Translations under genes and position numbers: made by a program
DNA from: Poseidonia sp.
GTDB lineage: Archaea > Thermoplasmatota > Poseidoniia > Poseidoniales > Poseidoniaceae
Direction of reading: 5' to 3'
Assembly: GCA_965661285.1 (NCBI GenBank)
Contig: CBFIDD010000003.1
Coordinates: 121,467 to 185,466 of the forward strand
DNA: 64,000 nt
In this document: piece by piece, positions 10,226 through 19,374 of the stretch
How the letters are laid out: each line of letters opens with the position of its first letter
Numbering within the stretch: position 1 is the stretch's first letter
Notes under the pieces: generated by a model
The model's database searches: none
What the model was told of the DNA's origin: nothing
Seen by the model: only the letters and a program-made list of their open reading frames with translations

Positions 10226-10810
10226 TCAGAGCAGGACCACCTGGCCACGATCGATCAAATCGGTGCAATATGTGTCGAGATTCGCAAGGACCAGCGGAGG
10301 CGTTTGGTCGGGGACATTGAGCATCACCGAAAGCACCTCGCGTTGACGGAACGTGTTGATGAAGGTGTGAAGATACTCTGCGAGCATCCGGTCGTCGTTG
10401 TAAATAGCGAGCGCATTGACGCTGTCGAGGAAGACGAAGTTGCGTGCGTTGCTGACCGTTCGCAGCGTGTAGAGGCTGCGCAACAAAATACTCTCGAGCA
10501 TGATGGGGCTGTCGATGAAGGTGATGTTCGAATAGGGCACATCGGTTCCACCAAGCACACCTGATGACACCAAATCGAGGAAATGAATGCCCGAGACATC
10601 CACACCGATGGACTCGAAGGCCTGAATGATTTCCACTGCGCCCCGGCTCGCCGAAATGTACACGCCGCCCATCTCAAACATCTGCATAAGAGGAATCATG
10701 GTGCTTGCGGTAACAGCAAAGGAATTACTCGCACTCATTCGGACCTGAACAGAACTCCCCAAGGAGACCTGCGTCAGTTGCTCTGCGATTTGCTGGTCAA
10801 GTTCGAACAT
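10226..10810 (-). CDS. Inactive KaiC/RecA-fold-like protein (DUF7504/DUF835-like)
   Basis: GVYISASR, IHFLDLVS and FVFLDSVNALAIYN match archaeal ATPase-fold proteins without a P-loop; ATG 2 nt after the upstream KaiC stop. Family name is from memory. Confidence 0.6.
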   Translation of the reverse strand: MFELDQQIAEQLTQVSLGSSVQVRMSASNSFAVTASTMIPLMQMFEMGGVYISASRGAVEIIQAFESIGVDVSGIHFLDLVSSGVLGGTDVPYSNITFIDSPIMLESILLRSLYTLRTVSNARNFVFLDSVNALAIYNDDRMLAEYLHTFINTFRQREVLSVMLNVPDQTPPLVLANLDTYCTDLIDRGQVVLL

Positions 10811-10812
10811 GT

Positions 10813-11604
10813 TCACTGCCCCCATCTGGATGTCGTATCGGCTGATGCGCCCCATTTGAGCATCGGAATGAGCATGACGCCCAATGGCGTCAGTTCAATG
10901 GCGTGTTTTGCCCGACTGTGAGACGTCCCTCGCATCTTGACCACCTGCAAAAATCGGAGAAGGTGACCCATCCGTTCGGAGTCACCCATGACGATGATGC
11001 CGTCAGCGATGGCTTCTTCAACACCAAACGAGGACCAGTGGGCGTTTTCGGTCGCCGAGGTGATCTCCGAGATGAGGATGGTCGTGCAACCAAGCGTAGC
11101 CAATTTTTTACCCAGCGTGAACAAGAAATCACGAATCAGTTGCTCAGACTTAATTTTGTAACACAGGGTGGTCACCGAATCGATCACCAGGCGCGTTACA
11201 CCGATGGTGTTGACAATGTCGACAATTGATTTGATGAGGGCGTGAACGTCGTCAAGGTCAAACGATGCTTTCTCAAGACCCAACCAAGAATAAAGAACGT
11301 CCATGTCAAAGACGTTGATGAGGCCAGAATCCACCATGTTCATGTCAAAAAAGGCATACTGGCGGATGTTTTCAAGCAATTTCACAGAGGGTTCGGTCGC
11401 CGTAAAATGGGCGCAAGCCTCGCCTGCAAGGGCGCCACGAACCAAGAATTCCATTGCGAGCGTGGTTTTCCCAGAACCGCACGTTCCAGCAGCCAGCACG
11501 GTCGAGCCGTACGGAATGCCGCCGCGCAAAATCTCATCCAGTCCATGGATGCCCGTCACGCATCGGTCTCGGGTGTAAACGCTCGTCGGTTGCATGGGGA
11601 ACAT
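10813..11604 (-). CDS. Single-domain KaiC-like (RAD55/GvpD family) ATPase
   Basis: TGIHGLDEILRGGIP, Walker A GTCGSGKT, RLVIDS, GVEEAIADGIIVM and RFLQVVKMRGTSH. Start at 11604 or 11595. Confidence 0.92.
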   Translation of the reverse strand: MFPMQPTSVYTRDRCVTGIHGLDEILRGGIPYGSTVLAAGTCGSGKTTLAMEFLVRGALAGEACAHFTATEPSVKLLENIRQYAFFDMNMVDSGLINVFDMDVLYSWLGLEKASFDLDDVHALIKSIVDIVNTIGVTRLVIDSVTTLCYKIKSEQLIRDFLFTLGKKLATLGCTTILISEITSATENAHWSSFGVEEAIADGIIVMGDSERMGHLLRFLQVVKMRGTSHSRAKHAIELTPLGVMLIPMLKWGASADTTSRWGQ

Positions 11605-11666
11605 ACCGAAGGAACAGGCTTGGGTTGATGAAGTGTGCGGAAAGCACGAGACAGTCCCTTCCCGAT

Positions 11667-12746
11667 TCAAGCGGTGTGTTCCCCTGGACTCGGTTCGTCC
11701 TCCAAGGACCACGAGGTGGCGGCGAAACGGTCCTCTCCGTCCCAAATGAGCGTCTGCCCCGTGACCATGAACAGCTGGGTGTCGCCTCCCCACTCAACAC
11801 GCACCACATCGGAGGGTGTAATTTCATCCAGTTGCGTGTAGCGTAGGCTCAGCATCCCTCGCCCGTTGGCCAAACCGTCGAGTTGACCCACACCGAGAAA
11901 GCCCAGAGAGCCCAGGTCGATGACGTGCGTGGCGTTTCCAACATCCTGTGAAGAAGCGTCGCCGGTGAACAGGGAGAGCGATTGGCCGGAAAGGACGCCG
12001 GACTGCAGCAACACATTGCTGGATGAGGAACCGGAGGTGTGGTTGAACGACCACCCCTTCAAGGCGACAGCAAAGTCGTTTGGGTTTTCCACTTCAATCC
12101 ACTCCGGTCCGCTTGACGAAGGACGAGCCATCACTTCGGTGATATGGAGCACGTTGCTTTTCCGACCGCCGTCGTGCACTTCCAAAATTACTCGAATCAA
12201 TTCTCCGTCTTGTTGGAAGGAGCGGTACGCCGTGGACGAGGAAGGCGCCGTGCCGCGTTGTGTTCCACCTTCAAATAAGGCGAGGGAGGTGCGGTTTTCT
12301 TGCGTGCTCTGAGCGACCACGATGGTCAAGTGAAGACTCATGTCGGCATCAAGGCCAAGCCCAGCAGCCATGCCGTCCTCCGTCACGTTGTGAAGGGCAT
12401 TCACTCGGTCCATATCCAATCGTTGGTCAACAACCAACCCCGGTTGGACCCTGCCCTCATGAAGGGCTTCAGCGGACACCGTGTGCCAATTCGCTGAGGC
12501 ATTGCTGTAATCCAATCCGTCCGAATAGGGTACGAACCAACCCTCTCCCGACGTCAGCCGATCAAGCCCCAAGGAGGCCGCACGGTCGAGCCGGTCGACG
12601 GCGGGATCGTTGGAACCCATTTGGAGTTGGGCGAGGGAGAGGAACGCCGTGAGAATCATGAGGAAGAGCGTGAAGGCGGAGAGGAACTCGATCACGGCCG
12701 TGAGGGCGCCTTCTTCCCGTTCACGATGAAGGGAACTTCGGCGCAT
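11667..12746 (-). CDS. Class III signal peptide (pilin-like) protein with C-terminal lamin-tail domain
   Basis: N-terminus REREEG-ALTAVIEFLSAFTLFLMIL (charged leader, GA, Glu, hydrophobic stretch); LHITEVMARP...EWIEVENPN...LKGWSF is the LTD signature. Confidence 0.72.
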   Translation of the reverse strand: MRRSSLHREREEGALTAVIEFLSAFTLFLMILTAFLSLAQLQMGSNDPAVDRLDRAASLGLDRLTSGEGWFVPYSDGLDYSNASANWHTVSAEALHEGRVQPGLVVDQRLDMDRVNALHNVTEDGMAAGLGLDADMSLHLTIVVAQSTQENRTSLALFEGGTQRGTAPSSSTAYRSFQQDGELIRVILEVHDGGRKSNVLHITEVMARPSSSGPEWIEVENPNDFAVALKGWSFNHTSGSSSSNVLLQSGVLSGQSLSLFTGDASSQDVGNATHVIDLGSLGFLGVGQLDGLANGRGMLSLRYTQLDEITPSDVVRVEWGGDTQLFMVTGQTLIWDGEDRFAATSWSLEDEPSPGEHTA

Positions 12747-12902
12747 GCACTGACCACGCCTGCACAATTCATGAGGTTGCCGCATGAAACAGCGGCCCGC
12801 TCCCCAACTGCTCTTCCCCTGCCAACTCCCAAACCCGGGAGAAACACTCGGAGAAGGGCCATGGGAAGCGATGAGTCTTTGAATCACGGATGGAAGGACA
12901 TT

Positions 12903-15857
12903 ATGATGACCGAGCGAAAGCAACGCGAGATTTCCCACCGCAGAACCAGCCTTGGTTTCGTGTTCATGCTGTTGTTATCCACGCTTGGCGTTCTCTCGAC
13001 CGTACCCACCTCAAGCGCCAACTTGACCGGCTCACTAAGCGTTTCGAGCAGCTCATCCCCTCTACCAGATGCGTGGTATTCATCCTTTGAGAGCATCGGT
13101 TTTGAAGCCCAGGTCACCAACAATTACGCAAGTCCTTCGGGAGCCTCCCGCACCCTGATGTGGTACGCCTGCGAGGGGAACATTTCGGTTGCATCGTGCA
13201 AATCCGTGTATGAGGCAACGGGTCAGTTCAATTTAGGTGATATCCAAGGTCAATCCACAACGTCGGTAACCTCACCGGCATTGTGGATTCCTGGCCAAGG
13301 CGCTGAAGGCATTTTCACCATCGTTTTCAGCTTCAATCAAAACGACCAATCTCCAGCCGATGACCAGTACCGATTTAACATAAACATCACCAATGACTTT
13401 GTTGACATCATCGCCGACACTGGCCACAACCCACTGGAACACCTGCAGAACCTTGCCGTCTACGATGGTGAAAGCGTCTTGAACACCGGAACGGAATATG
13501 TCTTCAAAGCCAAAGGCCAGTCCACGCTGTGCGGGCTGTGCGCATTCTCAGGCGAGTTTGGTTGGCAGTTGTGGGACGCAAACGAAGCCATGATGCTCAA
13601 GGAAGCCTACACCACGGTCTCCAACCTACCCGCCTGGGGCGGTTATGACCCATACAACATCAACCTCCCTGCGTTCAGCCACGCACAAGAGGGTCGTTAT
13701 GTCCTAAGGTTTGGGCTGTTCAGCAGCACCGGGAACCCGTACGGTGATCTTAACCCGGGCAACAACTTGGCCACGTTCGACATCGTGCTCAACGATAACA
13801 TTGATCTCAAAATAGTGGATGTGTTCCCGAGCCACAACCCTGAATCGACGCAATTCTACTACGGCTCTGAAAGGGTTGTCGCCTCCTTTGCCAACCTCGG
13901 AAACATGTCTGTGGAAAACATCACGGTTTCTTACGATGTTTACGACGGGCAATTCACGCTTGAAGTCGAGGACAGTTGTGACATCAACGTTCTGCATCCA
14001 GGAGAAACCGTGGACTGTAAATTCAACATGACGACGACCGGAAGTGATCGATTGATTCGCATTCAAATGCCCACCATCTACCAAAACGGAGAGGACGTAC
14101 GAATGGGCGACAACCTCTACACGCTTGATGTTGATGTGCAAGTGGGTGCCATCAATCCAACGATCCAGACGAACGCAGTTGACAACCTGTACCTCACCAG
14201 CGATGATGTTGAACTGGTGGGCCGTTTCAGCACGATTGCTTCCCAACCGCTCAACTACACCTGGCGAGAAGGTTTCTACATTTGGGGCTACGGCCAGGTA
14301 TTGAACCGAACTGGAGAGGCGTTCGGACTTGGACACCACAATCTGACTTTGATAGTCTCCGACCCGTGGGGCGAAACCGAAGTCGCCTACGTAGAATTTG
14401 ATGTTTTGAATTCGATCAATCTCACATTGGATCCGTTCTTCACGGGCGTCGCCATTACCGAGGAAGAGGCAGGTTTCACGCATGACATCTTTCTCCCCCA
14501 ACTTGGCAAAAATTACGGCATCGGGGGAGGTGATTCCCCTCTCATGCTGATCTCTGTCGATGTGCAGGCACTCACAGCAGAGGACCCGGGGCTACGTATG
14601 CTGGACTTGAATCTGAATTTGTCAGCCATTCTTCCAGATAACATTGACCTGACCACCGTCGACCTCCGCTACCTCCCCACAACCGAGAGCGTGACGTGGG
14701 AATTCCTCGATGGCGTGGACAGCTACACCTTTGGACCGGACTCAGAGCGTGTCGAGATTTCAATGACCAAAGACGGTGTTATCATGCTCATCGGCGTGCT
14801 TCCGACCACCAACGTCACGGCCGAGGATGTTGCGTGGACACAACTTAGGGACGGCCAGATTCAACTGGATTGGACGCCTGCTGGCGACATCAACAACCCC
14901 TACGTGGGCGGATGGAACATCTACAAGATAGCAGGCATTACTGGCACGACGGTCTTCCCCGAAACGGCTGGCGGCGTGAACGAGAACATCTGGGAGGAAT
15001 TGACCCTTGACAGTCTTGTCACCACGTTGCCCCTCACCGACCAGACATGGCTTGACCCCGACCGCTTGGAAACTGGCATTTGTGCCTCCTATGCCATCAT
15101 TCCCATCGATCGCGAGGGCAACGCGAACCTCCAAATGGCCAACATCACCCGTGTGGACGGAGTAGCAGGCCAGCTGTGCGGCGACGCCATTCCGCCCTCG
15201 ACGTCCTTGGTTGACCTCACCCACACCTGGACGTTTACCAACAGCACCGACTGCTATGAACAAGAGCAGGATTGGTCCGTCTGCTACGCGGTCGACCTTT
15301 CGTGGACGTGGCCCCCCCACGAGGCACAAGGCAACGTGACATGGAACCTCTACCGTATTGAAATGCGACCCGACAATGTCGACCTGCGATTTATTGAACC
15401 GATTCTCGAAGGCATCGAAGGTGTACCTGGCGAAACGGGAAGACTCACGCAAACCGGACTTGAACGCAACGGCGTGCAACCCTACCGCACCTACTACTAC
15501 GTCTTCACACCCATCGATAGCGTCGGCAATGAATTGGTGACTGCCGATTACCCCTCCGAAAACATCGAGCGTGTCCACATCGACGACGATTGGTGGTCCT
15601 ACAACCAACACCTCATCCCACCCGAGCCCGAGCCGCCCGAGCCACCCTTGGGTATTGACTGGCTTCAGGATTTAAACGATGCCATGCAGGTCTCGGAATT
15701 CCAAACGGCTGGTTATGTCCTCTTGGCGACCATTGTCCTCAACTTCCTTCTGCTTCCGCTCCTTCTCAAACAACGCAAGCGACTCAAGCGAATCCTTGAC
15801 GCCAGAAAGCGCAACAGCGCCGCTGCAATGAACGAGTTTGACGACTTCTTCGAGTGA
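12903..15857 (+). CDS. Large secreted, membrane-anchored multi-beta-sandwich surface protein
   Basis: Signal peptide (RRTSLGFVFMLLLSTLG...SA); DLNPGNN and ANLGN...LHPGET CARDB-like motifs; IQLDW...GWNIY FN3-like motifs; Pro-rich linker; C-terminal TM plus basic tail. Confidence 0.8.
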   Translation: MMTERKQREISHRRTSLGFVFMLLLSTLGVLSTVPTSSANLTGSLSVSSSSSPLPDAWYSSFESIGFEAQVTNNYASPSGASRTLMWYACEGNISVASCKSVYEATGQFNLGDIQGQSTTSVTSPALWIPGQGAEGIFTIVFSFNQNDQSPADDQYRFNINITNDFVDIIADTGHNPLEHLQNLAVYDGESVLNTGTEYVFKAKGQSTLCGLCAFSGEFGWQLWDANEAMMLKEAYTTVSNLPAWGGYDPYNINLPAFSHAQEGRYVLRFGLFSSTGNPYGDLNPGNNLATFDIVLNDNIDLKIVDVFPSHNPESTQFYYGSERVVASFANLGNMSVENITVSYDVYDGQFTLEVEDSCDINVLHPGETVDCKFNMTTTGSDRLIRIQMPTIYQNGEDVRMGDNLYTLDVDVQVGAINPTIQTNAVDNLYLTSDDVELVGRFSTIASQPLNYTWREGFYIWGYGQVLNRTGEAFGLGHHNLTLIVSDPWGETEVAYVEFDVLNSINLTLDPFFTGVAITEEEAGFTHDIFLPQLGKNYGIGGGDSPLMLISVDVQALTAEDPGLRMLDLNLNLSAILPDNIDLTTVDLRYLPTTESVTWEFLDGVDSYTFGPDSERVEISMTKDGVIMLIGVLPTTNVTAEDVAWTQLRDGQIQLDWTPAGDINNPYVGGWNIYKIAGITGTTVFPETAGGVNENIWEELTLDSLVTTLPLTDQTWLDPDRLETGICASYAIIPIDREGNANLQMANITRVDGVAGQLCGDAIPPSTSLVDLTHTWTFTNSTDCYEQEQDWSVCYAVDLSWTWPPHEAQGNVTWNLYRIEMRPDNVDLRFIEPILEGIEGVPGETGRLTQTGLERNGVQPYRTYYYVFTPIDSVGNELVTADYPSENIERVHIDDDWWSYNQHLIPPEPEPPEPPLGIDWLQDLNDAMQVSEFQTAGYVLLATIVLNFLLLPLLLKQRKRLKRILDARKRNSAAAMNEFDDFFE

Positions 15858-15858
15858 T

Positions 15859-15945
15859 TGGCGCGGCAGGGGAGATTCGAACTCCCGAGGTGAGACACCA
15901 CTGGATTAGCAATCCAGCGCAATGGCCAGGCTATGCGACTGCCGC
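15859..15945 (-). tRNA. tRNA-Ser(GCT)
   Basis: Reverse complement folds as acceptor stem GCGGCAG/CTGCCGC, anticodon arm CTGGA-TTGCTAA-TCCAG, long variable arm GGTG-TCT-CACC, T arm GGGAG-TTCGAAT-CTCCC, discriminator G and encoded CCA; no intron. Confidence 0.97.
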
Positions 15946-16021
15946 TCGCATCTCGCCCACCTGCGGTCTTCTCATGAAGATGACGGTGCTCGATGGCGGG
16001 CTGTTCACCAGCACAATCGTA

Positions 16022-17035
16022 TCACAGCGGGCCCATGAAGCCGAGCCATGAAGGCGGGATGAATGAGATGATGACCAGCGAGAGGAACATCCACCCGAGG
16101 TAGAACAGACTCCTGAAGAAGGATTTGGCTGCCTTCGGCATACGGCCGTTTTCATCAAACGGTTCGTTCGGGTCAATCGCCCACACGGAAGCAGCGTACC
16201 ACAGCGTGAAGCCGCCCGAGACAAAGGCCCACAGCAACGGGAGACCGGATTCCGGCCAAAAGCAAGGCACAGAACCCAACATCAACAGCAACACGCAGTA
16301 GACTTTGGATTGGAGTACGGTGTGTTCAGCACCCTTGACTTCGTTGAGCATCGGGATGTTCACCTTGCCGTATTCTCCAGACCTGTACAAGGCCAAGGCC
16401 CAGAAATGAGGCGGGGTCCAAAGGAAGATGAGGAAAAACAGCATCCACGGCACAGGGGAGCCAAGGTCAAGCATGTTGGCGTTGGCGATGGAATCACCGG
16501 CGGCCGCCGCCCAGCCGATGAGCGGGGGTGTGGAACCAGCAATGCCCCCGATCACGATGTTTTGGGGCGTACGGCGCTTGAGCCACATGGAGTAGACGAG
16601 CACGTAAAACAAAACGGAAAAGGCCGACCAAAAAGCAGCTTTTACGCTGACCAGGAGGAACAACGCAGAGCCCAACACTGCGATGGTCGAGCCGAACAAC
16701 AGCGCAAAGCGTGGTGTAGCGTGCCCCAGCGGGATGGGGCGGTTCATGGTCCGTCGCATGTGGGGGTCAATATCCGCATCGTACCACATGTTGATGGCGT
16801 TCGAACCGCCGGCGGAGAGGGTTCCACCCACGACGGTAATGAGCATGGCACGAACGGTATCGCCCCATGTGCGCTCAATGTCCATGACATCGTATCGGGC
16901 AAAGGTGTCGTGGACGAGAATGGCGCAGATGGCGGTAATTTGCAACAACACGATAACGCGTAATTTCATCAGTTGGGTCATCACCTTCAGCAGGCCCGGA
17001 TACCCCGAAGAAGAAGCATCGGCCAGCGCACTCAT
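16022..17035 (-). CDS. ctaB: Heme O synthase (protoheme IX farnesyltransferase)
   Basis: NMWYDADID..MRRT.NRPIP, LKRRTPQNIVIGG and FLWTPPHFWALAL motifs. Confidence 0.96.
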   Translation of the reverse strand: MSALADASSSGYPGLLKVMTQLMKLRVIVLLQITAICAILVHDTFARYDVMDIERTWGDTVRAMLITVVGGTLSAGGSNAINMWYDADIDPHMRRTMNRPIPLGHATPRFALLFGSTIAVLGSALFLLVSVKAAFWSAFSVLFYVLVYSMWLKRRTPQNIVIGGIAGSTPPLIGWAAAAGDSIANANMLDLGSPVPWMLFFLIFLWTPPHFWALALYRSGEYGKVNIPMLNEVKGAEHTVLQSKVYCVLLLMLGSVPCFWPESGLPLLWAFVSGGFTLWYAASVWAIDPNEPFDENGRMPKAAKSFFRSLFYLGWMFLSLVIISFIPPSWLGFMGPL

Positions 17036-18108
17036 TCAGCCTCACCCGAACCGATGATATCGCTGGGGTGATGGCGACTAAACCGCATCGCAAACATGAG
17101 GAAAACAGCTGAGAGGAAAGCGCCGACACCCACCACCAAATGCAGGAGAGAAAGCCACTCCGGGAAATCACCAACCTTGGCAAACACGATGTATGAACCG
17201 CCGACCATCACATTGAGCAGCCAAACACCGGTCGTCATTTCTGCAAATCGAACGAGTTCGGCACTTCCGGGTGCTTGTTGTGAGGACATGCGGAGGTTGC
17301 TGACGCCCAACACCAGCACCAAACCGACCAGCAATGCGCCGAATCGATGAATCATCTGGATGAACACACCCGGGCCGTCCAGTGAAGGCAAGATGGAACC
17401 CTGACATTTTGGCCACCCATCGGGAAATCCAACCGAGCAACTCTGGTTGTATTGACCACCTGCCGAGGATGAAACCCACGCCCCCAAGACAAGGAGTAAA
17501 CCCACAGCAGCCGTCATGGAATGGATACGTCTTGAGTGGGCATCAACGAATGATCTTGGTGCGTCGAGAAAGGACCAGTCGGCTCCTTCCGTGATTCTCA
17601 TGGACATGTACTGCCACAGCAAGCCGGCCGTGAAGATACAAGCCAACGAGAGGTGAAGGGCAACGGTCCAATCGGCGTTATCGTAGCGTACGGTGATGTA
17701 GCCTGCTGTGGCCTGAACGAGCAGCAGAACTGCAGAGAATTGGGACGCCCGTTCAACCGGTACGCCGTACCGGTCGCGCCGGCGACGAGTGAAGAACACG
17801 TTGAGTACGATGGGGACGGCGATAACCCCCACGAGCATGCGATGGAACCATTCAACGAAGATCTGGAATACGGTGTACCGATGGTCTTCTCCTCTGGAAT
17901 CGATTTGGTCGGGATTGGCTTCCCAGTAGGCTGCCTGCTCGGCTTCAGAGACGGCAAAATGCCAGGTGCCGAAGCAGGTTGGCCATTCGGGGCACGATTC
18001 CCCGGCATCGTTGATGCGGATGGAGCCACCCACGATGACGATAAGCAAAGCCATCACGGCCAGAATCATCGGAAGAGTGGATGGACGGCGCCACCACGAT
18101 TGTTCCAT
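17032..18108 (-). CDS. ctaA: Heme A synthase (COX15/CtaA)
   Basis: CPEWPTC, EWFHR, VALHL, C...WPKC, QMIHR and LLHL motifs; 4-nt overlap with ctaB. Start trimmed to 18108. Confidence 0.93.
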   Translation of the reverse strand: MEQSWWRRPSTLPMILAVMALLIVIVGGSIRINDAGESCPEWPTCFGTWHFAVSEAEQAAYWEANPDQIDSRGEDHRYTVFQIFVEWFHRMLVGVIAVPIVLNVFFTRRRRDRYGVPVERASQFSAVLLLVQATAGYITVRYDNADWTVALHLSLACIFTAGLLWQYMSMRITEGADWSFLDAPRSFVDAHSRRIHSMTAAVGLLLVLGAWVSSSAGGQYNQSCSVGFPDGWPKCQGSILPSLDGPGVFIQMIHRFGALLVGLVLVLGVSNLRMSSQQAPGSAELVRFAEMTTGVWLLNVMVGGSYIVFAKVGDFPEWLSLLHLVVGVGAFLSAVFLMFAMRFSRHHPSDIIGSGEAE

Positions 18109-18159
18109 GAACAACGGTGAGAGCAGACCCCTTTTGAACAAATGCCTCCACCCCCATGC

Positions 18160-19062
18160 ATGGCATCCACACCTTGGCCGGCCGTCGTGCTGTTGCTCTT
18201 GGTGATCAATACGGGCGTTGTATCGGCCAACCAAAACGAAACAACCGAGGAAGAAGGGCGTTTGTTGGATGTCCGAACGTTCACACATGCGTGCTTTGAA
18301 AACGCCTCGTGCGAGCCATCACAACCAACTCACCTCGTTGAATATTTCAGTGCTGATTGGTGCGAACCCTGCGTCCAGGTTGGCGAGCAGTTGGACAACC
18401 TCAGCGACGAGAAGGTCGTCGTGTTACAGCACCATGCCTCGCCACAAGACGCCACGTTTCTTTCAGCTTCCAAACTGAAATACGACCAAGAGTTCAGGCT
18501 CCTGTTTTATCCCTCCGTGGTGGTAAATGGAAAGCACTTGCTGACCGGAAGCCGCCAAGCCTTGGACCTTGAGAGCGTGATGGAGAACAACACACCCAGG
18601 TGGGACGGACTTGAGTCCTTGATGGTCGAGAATCAAACCATGACGTGGAATGCATCACATGAAGGGACGGTTTCTGTTTGGCTCCTCGCCCCGACGCCCC
18701 ATCAGACATCAGGAAAAATCCACCATGCCGTAGCTTACGAACGCCTCGAGGTGGACGCCGGGGCGGGTACGTTGACCATCGATTCGGACCAACTTCGAGC
18801 GAACACCTCGTTCGTTGTGTTGCTTGAGGAGCCCGGTCGACGAACATTGAGCGTAGCCTCCCTCGCTCCTACAGGCCCGGTGGACATCAGCGAGGGAGGA
18901 GAGGTTTCGACCTCCCCCGGCACGGGTTGGTTCGACCGAGAGATGGCCATGATGGTCGGCTTGGTGCTGGTTCTTGCCTTGGCCCCTGCTTTTATCATTC
19001 ATCGCGAACTCATGACCGGCGCCCAACCGCAAAAGCATCCTATTGAAGACGGCAATGAGTGA
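18160..19062 (+). CDS. Exported thioredoxin-fold (CxxC) protein with C-terminal TM
   Basis: Signal peptide; VEYFSADWCEPC; YPSVVVNG cis-Pro motif; C-terminal hydrophobic helix. Start at 18160 or 18142. Confidence 0.75.
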   Translation: MASTPWPAVVLLLLVINTGVVSANQNETTEEEGRLLDVRTFTHACFENASCEPSQPTHLVEYFSADWCEPCVQVGEQLDNLSDEKVVVLQHHASPQDATFLSASKLKYDQEFRLLFYPSVVVNGKHLLTGSRQALDLESVMENNTPRWDGLESLMVENQTMTWNASHEGTVSVWLLAPTPHQTSGKIHHAVAYERLEVDAGAGTLTIDSDQLRANTSFVVLLEEPGRRTLSVASLAPTGPVDISEGGEVSTSPGTGWFDREMAMMVGLVLVLALAPAFIIHRELMTGAQPQKHPIEDGNE

Positions 19063-19122
19063 GTTAGGTTCAAAAAGAGTTGCCATGTGGCTCGCATGCG
19101 AATCTCTCGCAGTTGATGACTT

Positions 19123-19374
19123 ATGGTGAAGCCAGCACGCCAACACACCCGCTTTGAACGCGCTCGAATCATTGGTGCCCGTGCACTCCAAATCGGGATG
19201 GGCGCACCGCTCTACGCCACCGAAGAAGTCCTCCGTGACCAATTCAAGGACGAACTCGTCTCCCTCTACGGTCTTGAAGAAGCAAGCATCCGCTTCGTCC
19301 TCGACCCGTTGAAAATCGCGCTTTACGAGTACGAGAACCACCTGATTCCCATTGACGTTGACCCTCACGAGTGA
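19123..19374 (+). CDS. rpoK: DNA-directed RNA polymerase subunit Rpo6/K
   Basis: [21 protein letters not shown] and DPLKIALYE...IPI signature. Confidence 0.93.
   Translation: MVKPARQHTRFERARIIGARALQIGMGAPLYATEEVLRDQFKDELVSLYGLEEASIRFVLDPLKIALYEYENHLIPIDVDPHE

Noticed and set aside
9411-11604. Cyanobacterial-type circadian clock
   Set aside because: Only single-domain KaiC-like proteins; no KaiA, KaiB or double-domain KaiC.
15859-16021. tRNA-Ser as an integration site for an island or provirus
   Set aside because: No integrase and no duplicated tRNA 3' end noticed; the flanks are ordinary chromosomal genes.
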